From Methanobacterium sp. (GTDB lineage Archaea; Methanobacteriota; Methanobacteria; Methanobacteriales; Methanobacteriaceae), in NCBI RefSeq assembly GCF_038562635.1, contig NZ_JBCFBO010000001.1, positions 1,736,192 to 1,800,191 on the forward strand: a stretch of 64,000 nucleotides of DNA, in the 5' to 3' direction. Positions within the stretch are counted from its first letter, which is position 1, and each line of letters starts with the position of its first letter. Of the stretch, positions 1 to 7,959 are shown piece by piece. A program made the translations under genes and the position numbers. A model generated the notes under the pieces. The model saw only the letters and a program-made list of their open reading frames with translations. It searched no databases and was not told the origin of the DNA.

Positions 1-646
1 GGAAATTAGTGGTTTTCCGAGCAAATTTGATATCTGAATGACTTCCAGCAATTACCGCTACATCCAGATCATCATATGAATCTAAATCTTGTTCTTCAGC
101 AGAATCATCGTTTTTAAATTCCTGAGCATCAAATAACAATGGGGAATAATAGCTACCATTAACCTTTTCAAGAAGTTTGCTTTCGTCTTTATTTACTTTT
201 TCAAAGAAAGAGCTCCTCATTGATGAAACTCTTTTTCTTACCTCTTCATCATGGATTCCAATTATCTGTGCGGCAAGTAGTGCCCCATTGTCTCCACGAT
301 CTATTCCAACGGTAGCAACCGGTGCTCCAAATGGCATTTGAACTGATGCATAAAGCGCGTCGAGCCCGCCTACTTTAACATCTACAGGTACCCCCACCAC
401 AGGTTTATGAGTATTCGCTGCCATTATTCCAGGTAAGTGGGCTGAAAGTCCAGCAATTCCCATAAATACTTCTATTCCATTTTTAGTAGATTCTGTTACA
501 ATTTTTTTAACTTTTTCGTGCGTTCTGTGTGCTGAAGCTACTTTAATATCATAAGGAATACATAACGTTTCCAATATATCTATAGCCTTTTTTGCTATAG
601 AAAAATCAGATGAACTTCCCAGTAATATCATAACTCTTGGTTTCAT
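1..646 (-). CDS. purE: N5-carboxyaminoimidazole ribonucleotide mutase PurE, fused two-domain form; the 3' part of the gene lies beyond the window start
   Basis: Absent from the ORF track because there is no stop in the window. My translation from the ATG at 646-644 gives MKPRVMILLGSSSDFSIAKKAIDILETLCIPYDIKVASAHRTHEKV...GIAGLSAHLPGIMAANTHKPVVGVPV, which carries PurE motifs. After an acidic linker, a second PurE-like start (VAVIAGSHSDIKFARK) begins near nt 60. Confidence 0.85.
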   Translation of the reverse strand, partial: MKPRVMILLGSSSDFSIAKKAIDILETLCIPYDIKVASAHRTHEKVKKIVTESTKNGIEVFMGIAGLSAHLPGIMAANTHKPVVGVPVDVKVGGLDALYASVQMPFGAPVATVGIDRGDNGALLAAQIIGIHDEEVRKRVSSMRSSFFEKVNKDESKLLEKVNGSYYSPLLFDAQEFKNDDSAEEQDLDSYDDLDVAVIAGSHSDIKFARKTTNF

Positions 647-676
647 TTTACACCTTCAAATATCTAATAACATTAA

Positions 677-758
677 TTTTTTATAATGAAAATAAGAAAT
701 TTTCATATGTTAAAAAATTGGGAATTTTTTACAATGAAAATAAGAAATTTTCATATGT
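677..758. repeat. 34-nt direct repeat x2 (period 48 bp); each copy holds one A/T-tract mini-hairpin
   Basis: TTTTTTA[T/C]AATGAAAATAAGAAATTTTCATATGT occurs at 677-710 and 725-758 with 1 mismatch. Each copy contains ATGAAAAT-aagaa-ATTTTCAT (e.g. 686-706). It lies in the divergent purE / glycosyltransferase intergenic region. Confidence 0.9.
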
Positions 759-832
759 GAGAAAGTAAATAGGTATTTCAGATATTTCAATATAACTCGC
801 ATTATTTATAAAATTTGATGTAAATATCAACA

Positions 833-2569
833 TTGGAAATTGAGGTGTACATTTTGTCATGGCTTATCCTACTTTTCGTCTTACTAGTGGCATCCATCAA
901 AAACAGAGGTTCAGAAACAAAAATGACAGTATCTATCGTAATTCCGGCTTATAATGAATCTAAAACTATAGAAAAAGTGATCGGTGTTATAAATAGTTTA
1001 GATTGTGTCAATGAAATAATTGTCGTCGATGACGGATCTTCAGATGATACCTCAAGTATTGCGCAAAAAGCAGGAGCAACAGTTATACTCCACTCTAAAA
1101 ACAAAGGAAAAGGTGCAGCTATAAAAACTGGTTTTGAAAATTCAAATGGGGATGTTGTCGCCTTCATTGATGCAGATTTGAAAAATTTAACCGCAAGACA
1201 AGTGGAAAAAATCATCGAACCCATATTAGATGGAAAAGCAGACGTGACCAAAACAAAATTCAAACGAAAAGCAGGAAGAGTGACAGAATTAACCGCCAAA
1301 CCACTTTTAAATTTCTTTTTCCCAGAATTAAAATATGATCAGCCTTTAAGTGGACAATTTGCAGCGAAAAAAAGTTTCTTAAGTAAGATAAAGTTTGAAG
1401 AAGATTATGGGGTAGACATTGGAATCGTGCTGGACGCTGATGTTAGGGGAATGAGGATAAAAGAAGTAGACATAGGTGAAATTGAACACGTACATTCATC
1501 CATTGAAGGCCTGAATAAAATGGCCAATGAAGTTGTAAGGACTATTGTAGACCGTGCGATGTCATACGGTAGGTTTTCCATGATGGATGACTTGGGAAAA
1601 AACATAAGAATGGCCATTTTAGGACTTTCACTTATAACTTTAGGGCTTTTCTCCATATTTTTCGTTAACAAAATTCCAATGGATATAGGACTAGTAATTC
1701 TAGTATCCGGGCTAATAATTGCCATTTATTATGGCGTACTTCTCGTAAAAAGGACAGCAAATATTCTTTCAAAATCCAGTGGAAGACTCCCCACATTAAA
1801 GTCATTATTTTATATGCACTTTCCGATTCTTATTTCCGGATTAATACTATTAACTATGATATCCACATTTGTAGGATATGTAAGCATAGATGATGGGACA
1901 ATATCAATACAGCCAGCTTCAGGAAATCTCGTGCTAATAGGTCCTAATGGTTTACAATTAGAATCAAGAGGACCTTATACAGTAGATAGCGCCCTTGAGA
2001 ATGAGTATAGCATATTCAGGGTTCCATCCAGCGCTATGAAAACATTAGGCTTGAACTATGGAGATTCCATATATATATTTAACAAAAAATACACTACACG
2101 TCCAACTATACAGGGAGAAGACAATATATTAAGAATGCCAAGAGATGCACGAACATATCTCGGAGTGGACACAAGAACTGTCATATTAGATAGTAATCTC
2201 CGAAATATCTTCAATAATATATATATTGAAAGATCCCTACCAGTACAGGGAAATATTAGCGACATATCCATTATTGAAGGAGCTATAATTAAATCAGATT
2301 ATCAAAACGGCAGAATAGTAAATATATACGTTGATAACCAGAAGGTTGCAACAACATCAGGAGTCCTCAAAGATGGGACTTACAGCATCTACATTAACAA
2401 CATGAAGGATCGTACCATTTACGTCAATAATAACGATGCTAAAGATAATACTACTCTTTACTGGGGCAATCATACCATAAAAATAGAAATTGGAGGACAA
2501 GTTAATTCTAATTTCGAATTTGCAACATCAGATCGAGGCAAATTTTTAAATATATTCTTAAGTAAATGA
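833..2569 (+). CDS. Family 2 glycosyltransferase (dolichyl-phosphate sugar synthase-like) fused to a TM region and a large C-terminal non-cytoplasmic domain
   Basis: MTVSIVIPAYNESKTIEKVI...VVDDGSSDDT...FIDADL are GT-A/GT2 motifs. They are followed by about 4 hydrophobic helices and a C-terminal domain of about 230 aa. The TTG start at 833 adds an N-terminal TM helix; an alternative ATG lies at 923 (AGAGGT upstream). Confidence 0.75.
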   Translation: MEIEVYILSWLILLFVLLVASIKNRGSETKMTVSIVIPAYNESKTIEKVIGVINSLDCVNEIIVVDDGSSDDTSSIAQKAGATVILHSKNKGKGAAIKTGFENSNGDVVAFIDADLKNLTARQVEKIIEPILDGKADVTKTKFKRKAGRVTELTAKPLLNFFFPELKYDQPLSGQFAAKKSFLSKIKFEEDYGVDIGIVLDADVRGMRIKEVDIGEIEHVHSSIEGLNKMANEVVRTIVDRAMSYGRFSMMDDLGKNIRMAILGLSLITLGLFSIFFVNKIPMDIGLVILVSGLIIAIYYGVLLVKRTANILSKSSGRLPTLKSLFYMHFPILISGLILLTMISTFVGYVSIDDGTISIQPASGNLVLIGPNGLQLESRGPYTVDSALENEYSIFRVPSSAMKTLGLNYGDSIYIFNKKYTTRPTIQGEDNILRMPRDARTYLGVDTRTVILDSNLRNIFNNIYIERSLPVQGNISDISIIEGAIIKSDYQNGRIVNIYVDNQKVATTSGVLKDGTYSIYINNMKDRTIYVNNNDAKDNTTLYWGNHTIKIEIGGQVNSNFEFATSDRGKFLNIFLSK

Positions 2570-2597
2570 GTTTAGAATCTCATTTACCTTTAAAAAA

Positions 2598-3530
2598 TCA
2601 ATAATAAACTTTTACGGCTTCTTCTATATCATTGTAAAGTCCTAATGCTGCAAGAGCCCCTATTTTACCATGAGAACCTGTAACTTCAATAAGTTCTATT
2701 CCAAGTTCTTTTGCAGTTTTTTCAGCCTCTTCAAGGGACATCATGGACTGTTTAGTTGCCATTGAATATTCTCTCAGCTTTTCAGGAATTTTAATGCCAT
2801 CTAAAATTGCCATTGAAGTCTTTTGAGATAGGGTACTTTCTTTAAATAGTTCTCGTGCTTCTTCAATTAATTTATCTCGTTCACCGGGTTTAACAGCGAA
2901 AACAAGTGCTATAGCAACGCAATTTTGAGTTTTATTTGGATTGTGAGGATATAACTGCACAATAACATGATTTATATATTCAAATCCCCTTTTACTTAGT
3001 TCAACTCCGACGTTATTAGCTAAAGTCCATGTGGCCCCTTTTTCCTTAGTATCAGTGTCATCAATTCCAATTACAACTTTTTGAAGTTTAGGAGTTACAA
3101 CAGCAGCCCTTCCAACCTTTGAACCACCACCAATATCGTAAAGTTCAACTCTTTTAACCCCTTTTGCCATTCCCCGGCACATTGCAGCCCCAACTCCTGC
3201 TCCAGCCAGACCTGCATGAGTTACTTTTACTTCATCCCCTTCAACAGATACTTCTTCGATCCCTGCAGCAGAAAAACTTGGTTTAAGATTTAAATCGGTT
3301 TTTCCAACGTCTACAAGATATGTATGTTTGTTTCCATCTCTTTCTGCACTTTTTACCAGATCACTTGACCTTTCATATTGATAGACCATCCATTGTGAGC
3401 CCCCAATACAGGGATGATATTCAACAATTTCTACCATATCATCGTCAACCATGGTTAAAATCTTTTTATATGGGGCTACCCATGGGTCTTTAAATCTCTC
3501 TTTTAAGTCGTCAGGGGTTACTATTTCCAT
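2598..3530 (-). CDS. Conserved archaeal protein with a TiaS-N-terminal/DUF1743-like IGIDDTD motif; resembles the methanogen-specific 'methanogenesis marker protein 11' family
   Basis: 310 aa, containing VVIGIDDTDTKEKGATW and a Gly-rich loop HAGLAGAGVGAAMCRG. The family name is from memory and cannot be verified here. Confidence 0.4.
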   Translation of the reverse strand: MEIVTPDDLKERFKDPWVAPYKKILTMVDDDMVEIVEYHPCIGGSQWMVYQYERSSDLVKSAERDGNKHTYLVDVGKTDLNLKPSFSAAGIEEVSVEGDEVKVTHAGLAGAGVGAAMCRGMAKGVKRVELYDIGGGSKVGRAAVVTPKLQKVVIGIDDTDTKEKGATWTLANNVGVELSKRGFEYINHVIVQLYPHNPNKTQNCVAIALVFAVKPGERDKLIEEARELFKESTLSQKTSMAILDGIKIPEKLREYSMATKQSMMSLEEAEKTAKELGIELIEVTGSHGKIGALAALGLYNDIEEAVKVYY

Positions 3531-3903
3531 TTAATAATCACCTAATATTGTAATTAATTAGTTCTGATTGGTTCATAGTTAAATTAATTATAAATAACAA
3601 TTTACAGGAAAATTTGCTGATTCTTGTTGTGTCCTGCAAAATTGTTTAATAATCAATGTGTACTGTTTTGAATTTACTGCTATGTAATATATTAATTTTG
3701 GATTTTCAAATTGATCATGTGTCATGCAACTTAAAGTGTTGTTATTTTAAATGATTATGTTGCTTTGAAAGCACGTTAACGCATTATATTGTATAAAATC
3801 ATCCAAAAAGAGTATTTATGACCATGTTATAAAAAAATGTTGCAAAATAATGATATTTAGACTTAAAAATAATTCATTAAAATTATTAAAATAAAGAGAA
3901 AGA

Positions 3904-4314
<411 letters not shown>

Positions 4315-4426
4315 TATTTTTCCTCCATTTCAAGTATAATTAATCTCAAAATTTTGTGAAATAAATAAAAATTCATTTAAAATGAACTTATTTTATCATA
4401 CATATAATATTTAACTATTAATTTAA

Positions 4427-4513
4427 TTATATTGCACTTAATACAGCAATTGCAACAACCCATACCACCATTATTACAATTATAAATATTGCTATGGCTC
4501 TTGTTCTATCCAT
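4427..4513 (-). CDS. Candidate 28-aa single-pass membrane micropeptide
   Basis: Below the ORF-track cut-off. GGAGGTTAAAAT precedes the ATG at 4513. Translation is MDRTRAIAIFIIVIMVVWVVAIAVLSAI*, a basic N-terminus followed by one hydrophobic helix. There is no homology evidence. Confidence 0.35.
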   Translation of the reverse strand: MDRTRAIAIFIIVIMVVWVVAIAVLSAI

Positions 4514-4523
4514 ATTTTAACCT

Positions 4524-4733
4524 CCAAAAAATTTTATTTTTTGGGCCCTCGAAATCCTCAAAAATCGATGAATTTCGATTTTTGGGAGTTAGAAAAATGC
4601 AAGGCATTTTTCTAAAATTCAGAGAATTTCGGGGCATGTGAAAATCACAGATTTTCACGGTTGCAAAACTGAAAGTTTTGCAAACATCAAAACGAAGTTT
4701 TGAATGTTTCGGAAAATTCAAAATGAATTTTCC
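4524..4733. repeat. A/T-tract mini-hairpin array (about 8 hairpins)
   Basis: Members include CCAAAAAA-tttta-TTTTTTGG (4524-4544), AGAAAAATGC-aag-GCATTTTTCT (4591-4613), GTGAAAAT-cacag-ATTTTCAC (4638-4658), GCAAAACT-gaa-AGTTTTGC (4663-4681) and GGAAAATTC-aaaat-GAATTTTCC (4711-4733). The array abuts the stop codon (4734-4736) of the cysteine desulfurase gene. Confidence 0.9.
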
Positions 4734-5942
4734 TCAAACTCCTGCGAATTTAGATATTTCTTCAACAGTTTCTGTTAATATATCAATCTCTTCTTTAGTA
4801 TTATAATAATGAACCGATGCTCTAACAGTTCCACCAAGTTTATCCGCACCTATATGTTTTATTGCAGGAATTGCGCAGTGATAACCGCTCCTTACACATA
4901 TATCTTTAAGTTCATCCAGTATTTTAGCAACATCATGAGAATTCATACTTTCCACATTGAAAGCAACTATTCCATGAATATTATCTGGATTACCATAACA
5001 TATTGTATTATCTATGCTATTAATCGCGTCAAACATATATTTTGTAAGTTTTGCGCTGTGTTTTTCAATATTCTCAATTCCAACATTTTCCACATAATTT
5101 ATAGCCGCTCCAAGACCAATGACACCAGCTATATTTTGAGTGCCTCCCTCAAATCTACCTGGAGCAGATTCAAGCGTAAAATCATCTTCTGTAACCTTTG
5201 ATACTGTTCCACCGCCGAGATTAACTGGTTTTAATTTATCCATAACATCGCTTTTGGAATATAAAAATCCAGTCCCAACAGGACCAAAAAGACCTTTATG
5301 TCCTGGAAATGAAACAAAATCTGCCTTTGTTTCTTTTACATCAAATTTTACATGTCCTGCAGATTGTGCGGCGTCAACAAGATATAAAATATCGTTTTCT
5401 TCTGCTATATCCCCAATATCATAGATAGGCTGGCATGAACCAATTGAATTTGAGATATGAGTAGTCGTGATGAGCTTTGTAGTATCATCTACAGCTTTTT
5501 CAATATCCCCAATGTCTATTACGCCATATTTATCTGTTTTTATGACTTTAAGATTAACTCCTGCTTTTTTCAAATTGAGCCATGGCAGAAAATTAGAATG
5601 GTGTTCTATATTGGGAACAATTATTGAATCACCCTTCTTAAATTCCAGGCTGTTTGCTACAAGATTTATAGCTTCAGTGGTGTTTTTTGTAAATATAACC
5701 TCATTTCTATTACAGTTTATAAATTTTGCAATTCTTTCCCTTGTATTTTCAAATTTCATTGTTGCTTTAACTGCTGTTTTATAGGCACCCCTTCCTATAT
5801 TAGCATTGAAATTATGAAAATAATCGCACATTGCATTTACTACAGGCTCTGGAGTTGGAGTAGTGCTTGCAGCGTCCAAATAGATTACTTCATTAAGTAA
5901 AGGAATATCCGATCTGATATCAATATTTTGAGTATTTTCCAT
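4734..5942 (-). CDS. Cysteine desulfurase (class V aminotransferase, SufS/CsdA-like)
   Basis: 402 aa with YLDAASTTP, the PLP-Lys region SFPGHKGLFGP, and a C-terminal active-site loop RSGYHCA. Confidence 0.85.
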   Translation of the reverse strand: MENTQNIDIRSDIPLLNEVIYLDAASTTPTPEPVVNAMCDYFHNFNANIGRGAYKTAVKATMKFENTRERIAKFINCNRNEVIFTKNTTEAINLVANSLEFKKGDSIIVPNIEHHSNFLPWLNLKKAGVNLKVIKTDKYGVIDIGDIEKAVDDTTKLITTTHISNSIGSCQPIYDIGDIAEENDILYLVDAAQSAGHVKFDVKETKADFVSFPGHKGLFGPVGTGFLYSKSDVMDKLKPVNLGGGTVSKVTEDDFTLESAPGRFEGGTQNIAGVIGLGAAINYVENVGIENIEKHSAKLTKYMFDAINSIDNTICYGNPDNIHGIVAFNVESMNSHDVAKILDELKDICVRSGYHCAIPAIKHIGADKLGGTVRASVHYYNTKEEIDILTETVEEISKFAGV

Positions 5943-5997
5943 GAAATACGCTCCTAATTAATTTTAAGTCTATTTGAACCCAGTATAAAGTTACAAC

Positions 5998-6987
5998 TTA
6001 TTTTTCCTCTATTTTTCTTCTAATTTCACTGGCCATTTCCATGGTAGATGCATTTCCACCAATATCCCCAGTTACAACTTTACCTTCACTTAAAACTTCA
6101 ACCAGTGCATTTTCAACTGTACGGGCTGCACCATGTTCTTTAAGGTAATCAAGCATCATTACTGCAGATAATATCATTGCAGAAGGATTTGCAATATTTT
6201 TTCCAGCAATATCTGGCGCGGATCCGTGCACTGGTTCAAATAAACCACTATTTTCTCCGATATTAGCAGATGGTATTAAACCAAGACCACCAACAAGTCC
6301 TGCACCCTCATCTGAAAGTATATCTCCAAATAAATTTGTAGTAACGATCACATTAAACATTTGAGGGTTTGTAATGAAAAACATTGCTGTTGCATCAACA
6401 TAACGATCATCGGTTTCAATATCTTTATAATCTTCAGCAACTTTGTAAAAAATGTCTTTAAATAATCCATCTGTTTTTTTAAGTACATTTGCCTTGTGAA
6501 CTGCTGTAACTTTATTTCTGCCATTTTCTTCAGCATAATCAAATGCAAACTTGCAAATTCTTTCTACAGCATTTCTTGTGGTAACTCTTAAAGCAGTGGC
6601 TCCCTCTTCTGTTTCTTCTTCAAGCCCAATATAGAGATCTTCTGTGTTTTCCCTAACAATTACAAAATCTAAATTGTCAAACAAAGCTTTAGTGCCAGGG
6701 TATGATTTAACAGGCCTTAAATTAACGTAAAGCTCAAGTTCCTGTCTTAATCTGACAATAACATCCGCTGCTGATTCTCCAGCAGCACCAAACAGACATG
6801 CCTGCGATTCTTTTACTATATCAATTGTTTCTTCAGGTAAAGGAACTCCTGAGACTGCTTTGCATTCATCTCCTGCGTCTGCAAATGTGTAATCAAATTC
6901 AACTTCAAGTGCATCTAAAACATGTAATGCTGCTTCCATAACTTCTTTTCCGATACCGTCTCCAGGTACCACCGCTATTTTGTACAT
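5998..6987 (-). CDS. 3-isopropylmalate / homoisocitrate dehydrogenase family (LeuB or AksF)
   Basis: 329 aa with MYKIAVVPGDGIGKEV, NLFGDILSDEGAGLVGGLGL and HGSAPDIAGK. LeuB and AksF cannot be told apart by eye. Confidence 0.85.
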   Translation of the reverse strand: MYKIAVVPGDGIGKEVMEAALHVLDALEVEFDYTFADAGDECKAVSGVPLPEETIDIVKESQACLFGAAGESAADVIVRLRQELELYVNLRPVKSYPGTKALFDNLDFVIVRENTEDLYIGLEEETEEGATALRVTTRNAVERICKFAFDYAEENGRNKVTAVHKANVLKKTDGLFKDIFYKVAEDYKDIETDDRYVDATAMFFITNPQMFNVIVTTNLFGDILSDEGAGLVGGLGLIPSANIGENSGLFEPVHGSAPDIAGKNIANPSAMILSAVMMLDYLKEHGAARTVENALVEVLSEGKVVTGDIGGNASTMEMASEIRRKIEEK

Positions 6988-7129
6988 TAAAACACCTTTA
7001 TCCTTATTTATTAACTGTAAAATTATCTAAAATTTAAGTTTAAACTATTGTATCTATTTTAACATTAACCTTATTTTTATATTTTAATTATTATTTTTGC
7101 TTAATTTCGCCCATATATATAAAACTGAC

Positions 7130-7645
7130 ATATTCAATGTATTTTCGTCTTCAAACTTACAAACATCGTAATTTGGACTGTAACCATCGTTTTTTCAGAT
7201 TATATTGATTAGTACATCTTAAATAAGTTTGATCAAAGAATATTCATTTTTATGTTAAAATTGATTGTTTATAGAACTTTAAATTACAAATTTCCTGTTG
7301 TAAAAATCACAACGGGGCCTTTTGAACATATACCCATTGTAAACTTCAATAAATCCACATACATACAAATATAAGAACCAATTTTAACTACAATTTTCCC
7401 CAGAACCACATAATCCATATCAAAGAGCACTTGATGACATAAAATCGTGCCCACCCCTAAAAATTAATAATTCATTGATATTTAACAAATCTATGTATTA
7501 TATGCCCATTCATAGCCTTATCAAGCGAGTCTGCAGGTATTTGATGATCAAAAATGATCATAATTTTCTCAGGATCCCAGACTCTAGGAACCTTAATTTC
7601 ATAAAAAAATTCGGCACATAAATTTTCAGTAATATTACAGGTCAT
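7130..7645 (-). pseudogene. Decayed aconitase-family large-subunit gene (leuC/hacA-like remnant)
   Basis: My translation of 7645-7472 gives MTCNITENLCAEFFYEIKVPRVWDPEKIMIIFDHQIPADSLDKAMNGHIIHRFVKYQ*, which matches the ...NPEKIVILFDHQVPADS...RKFVKEQ region of methanogen LeuC/HacA. After a frameshift the sequence continues GVGTILCHQVL..GKIVVKIGSYICMYVD (Fe-S ligand region degenerate), then TTGNL*FKVL*TINFNI (compare ATGKLWFKVPETIYFNI) with in-frame stops. The lower boundary is uncertain. Confidence 0.7.
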
Positions 7646-7959
7646 TTAAACATCAATATTAATCATATGGACATATAGATCCATATTATATTCATTAGAA
7701 CATCTTTATGCGAAAATACACTATTTTATAGTTCCATATGTTCCCAAAATACATCTAAATTCACATAATTAATCAAAATGCTAAAATAAATATTTATTTA
7801 ATGTTGAAGGCTGTAAAAAGCTTAATTAGGCTGAAAAAAGTTGGCATTTTTAGCAGTTAAGCATATATATCGGGGTGTAAATAGTACTACATATATTATA
7901 TGACATTAAATTAATTCTTCTAAAAATTTATACATGTAGATTTTAAGTGAGGGCTCAAG

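Noticed and set aside
3724-3735. 12-mer ATGCAACTTAAA, plus nearby TTTTAAA(A)TGATTAT, shared between the intergenic regions at about 3.7 kb and about 20.9 kb
   Set aside because: More than 100 chance 12-mer matches are expected between all position pairs in 64 kb, and the surrounding alignment is weak.
4506-4721. 71-aa ORF; likewise 23716-23928 and 25019-25255
   Set aside because: Each is confined to a hairpin array. No family resemblance or ribosome-binding site.
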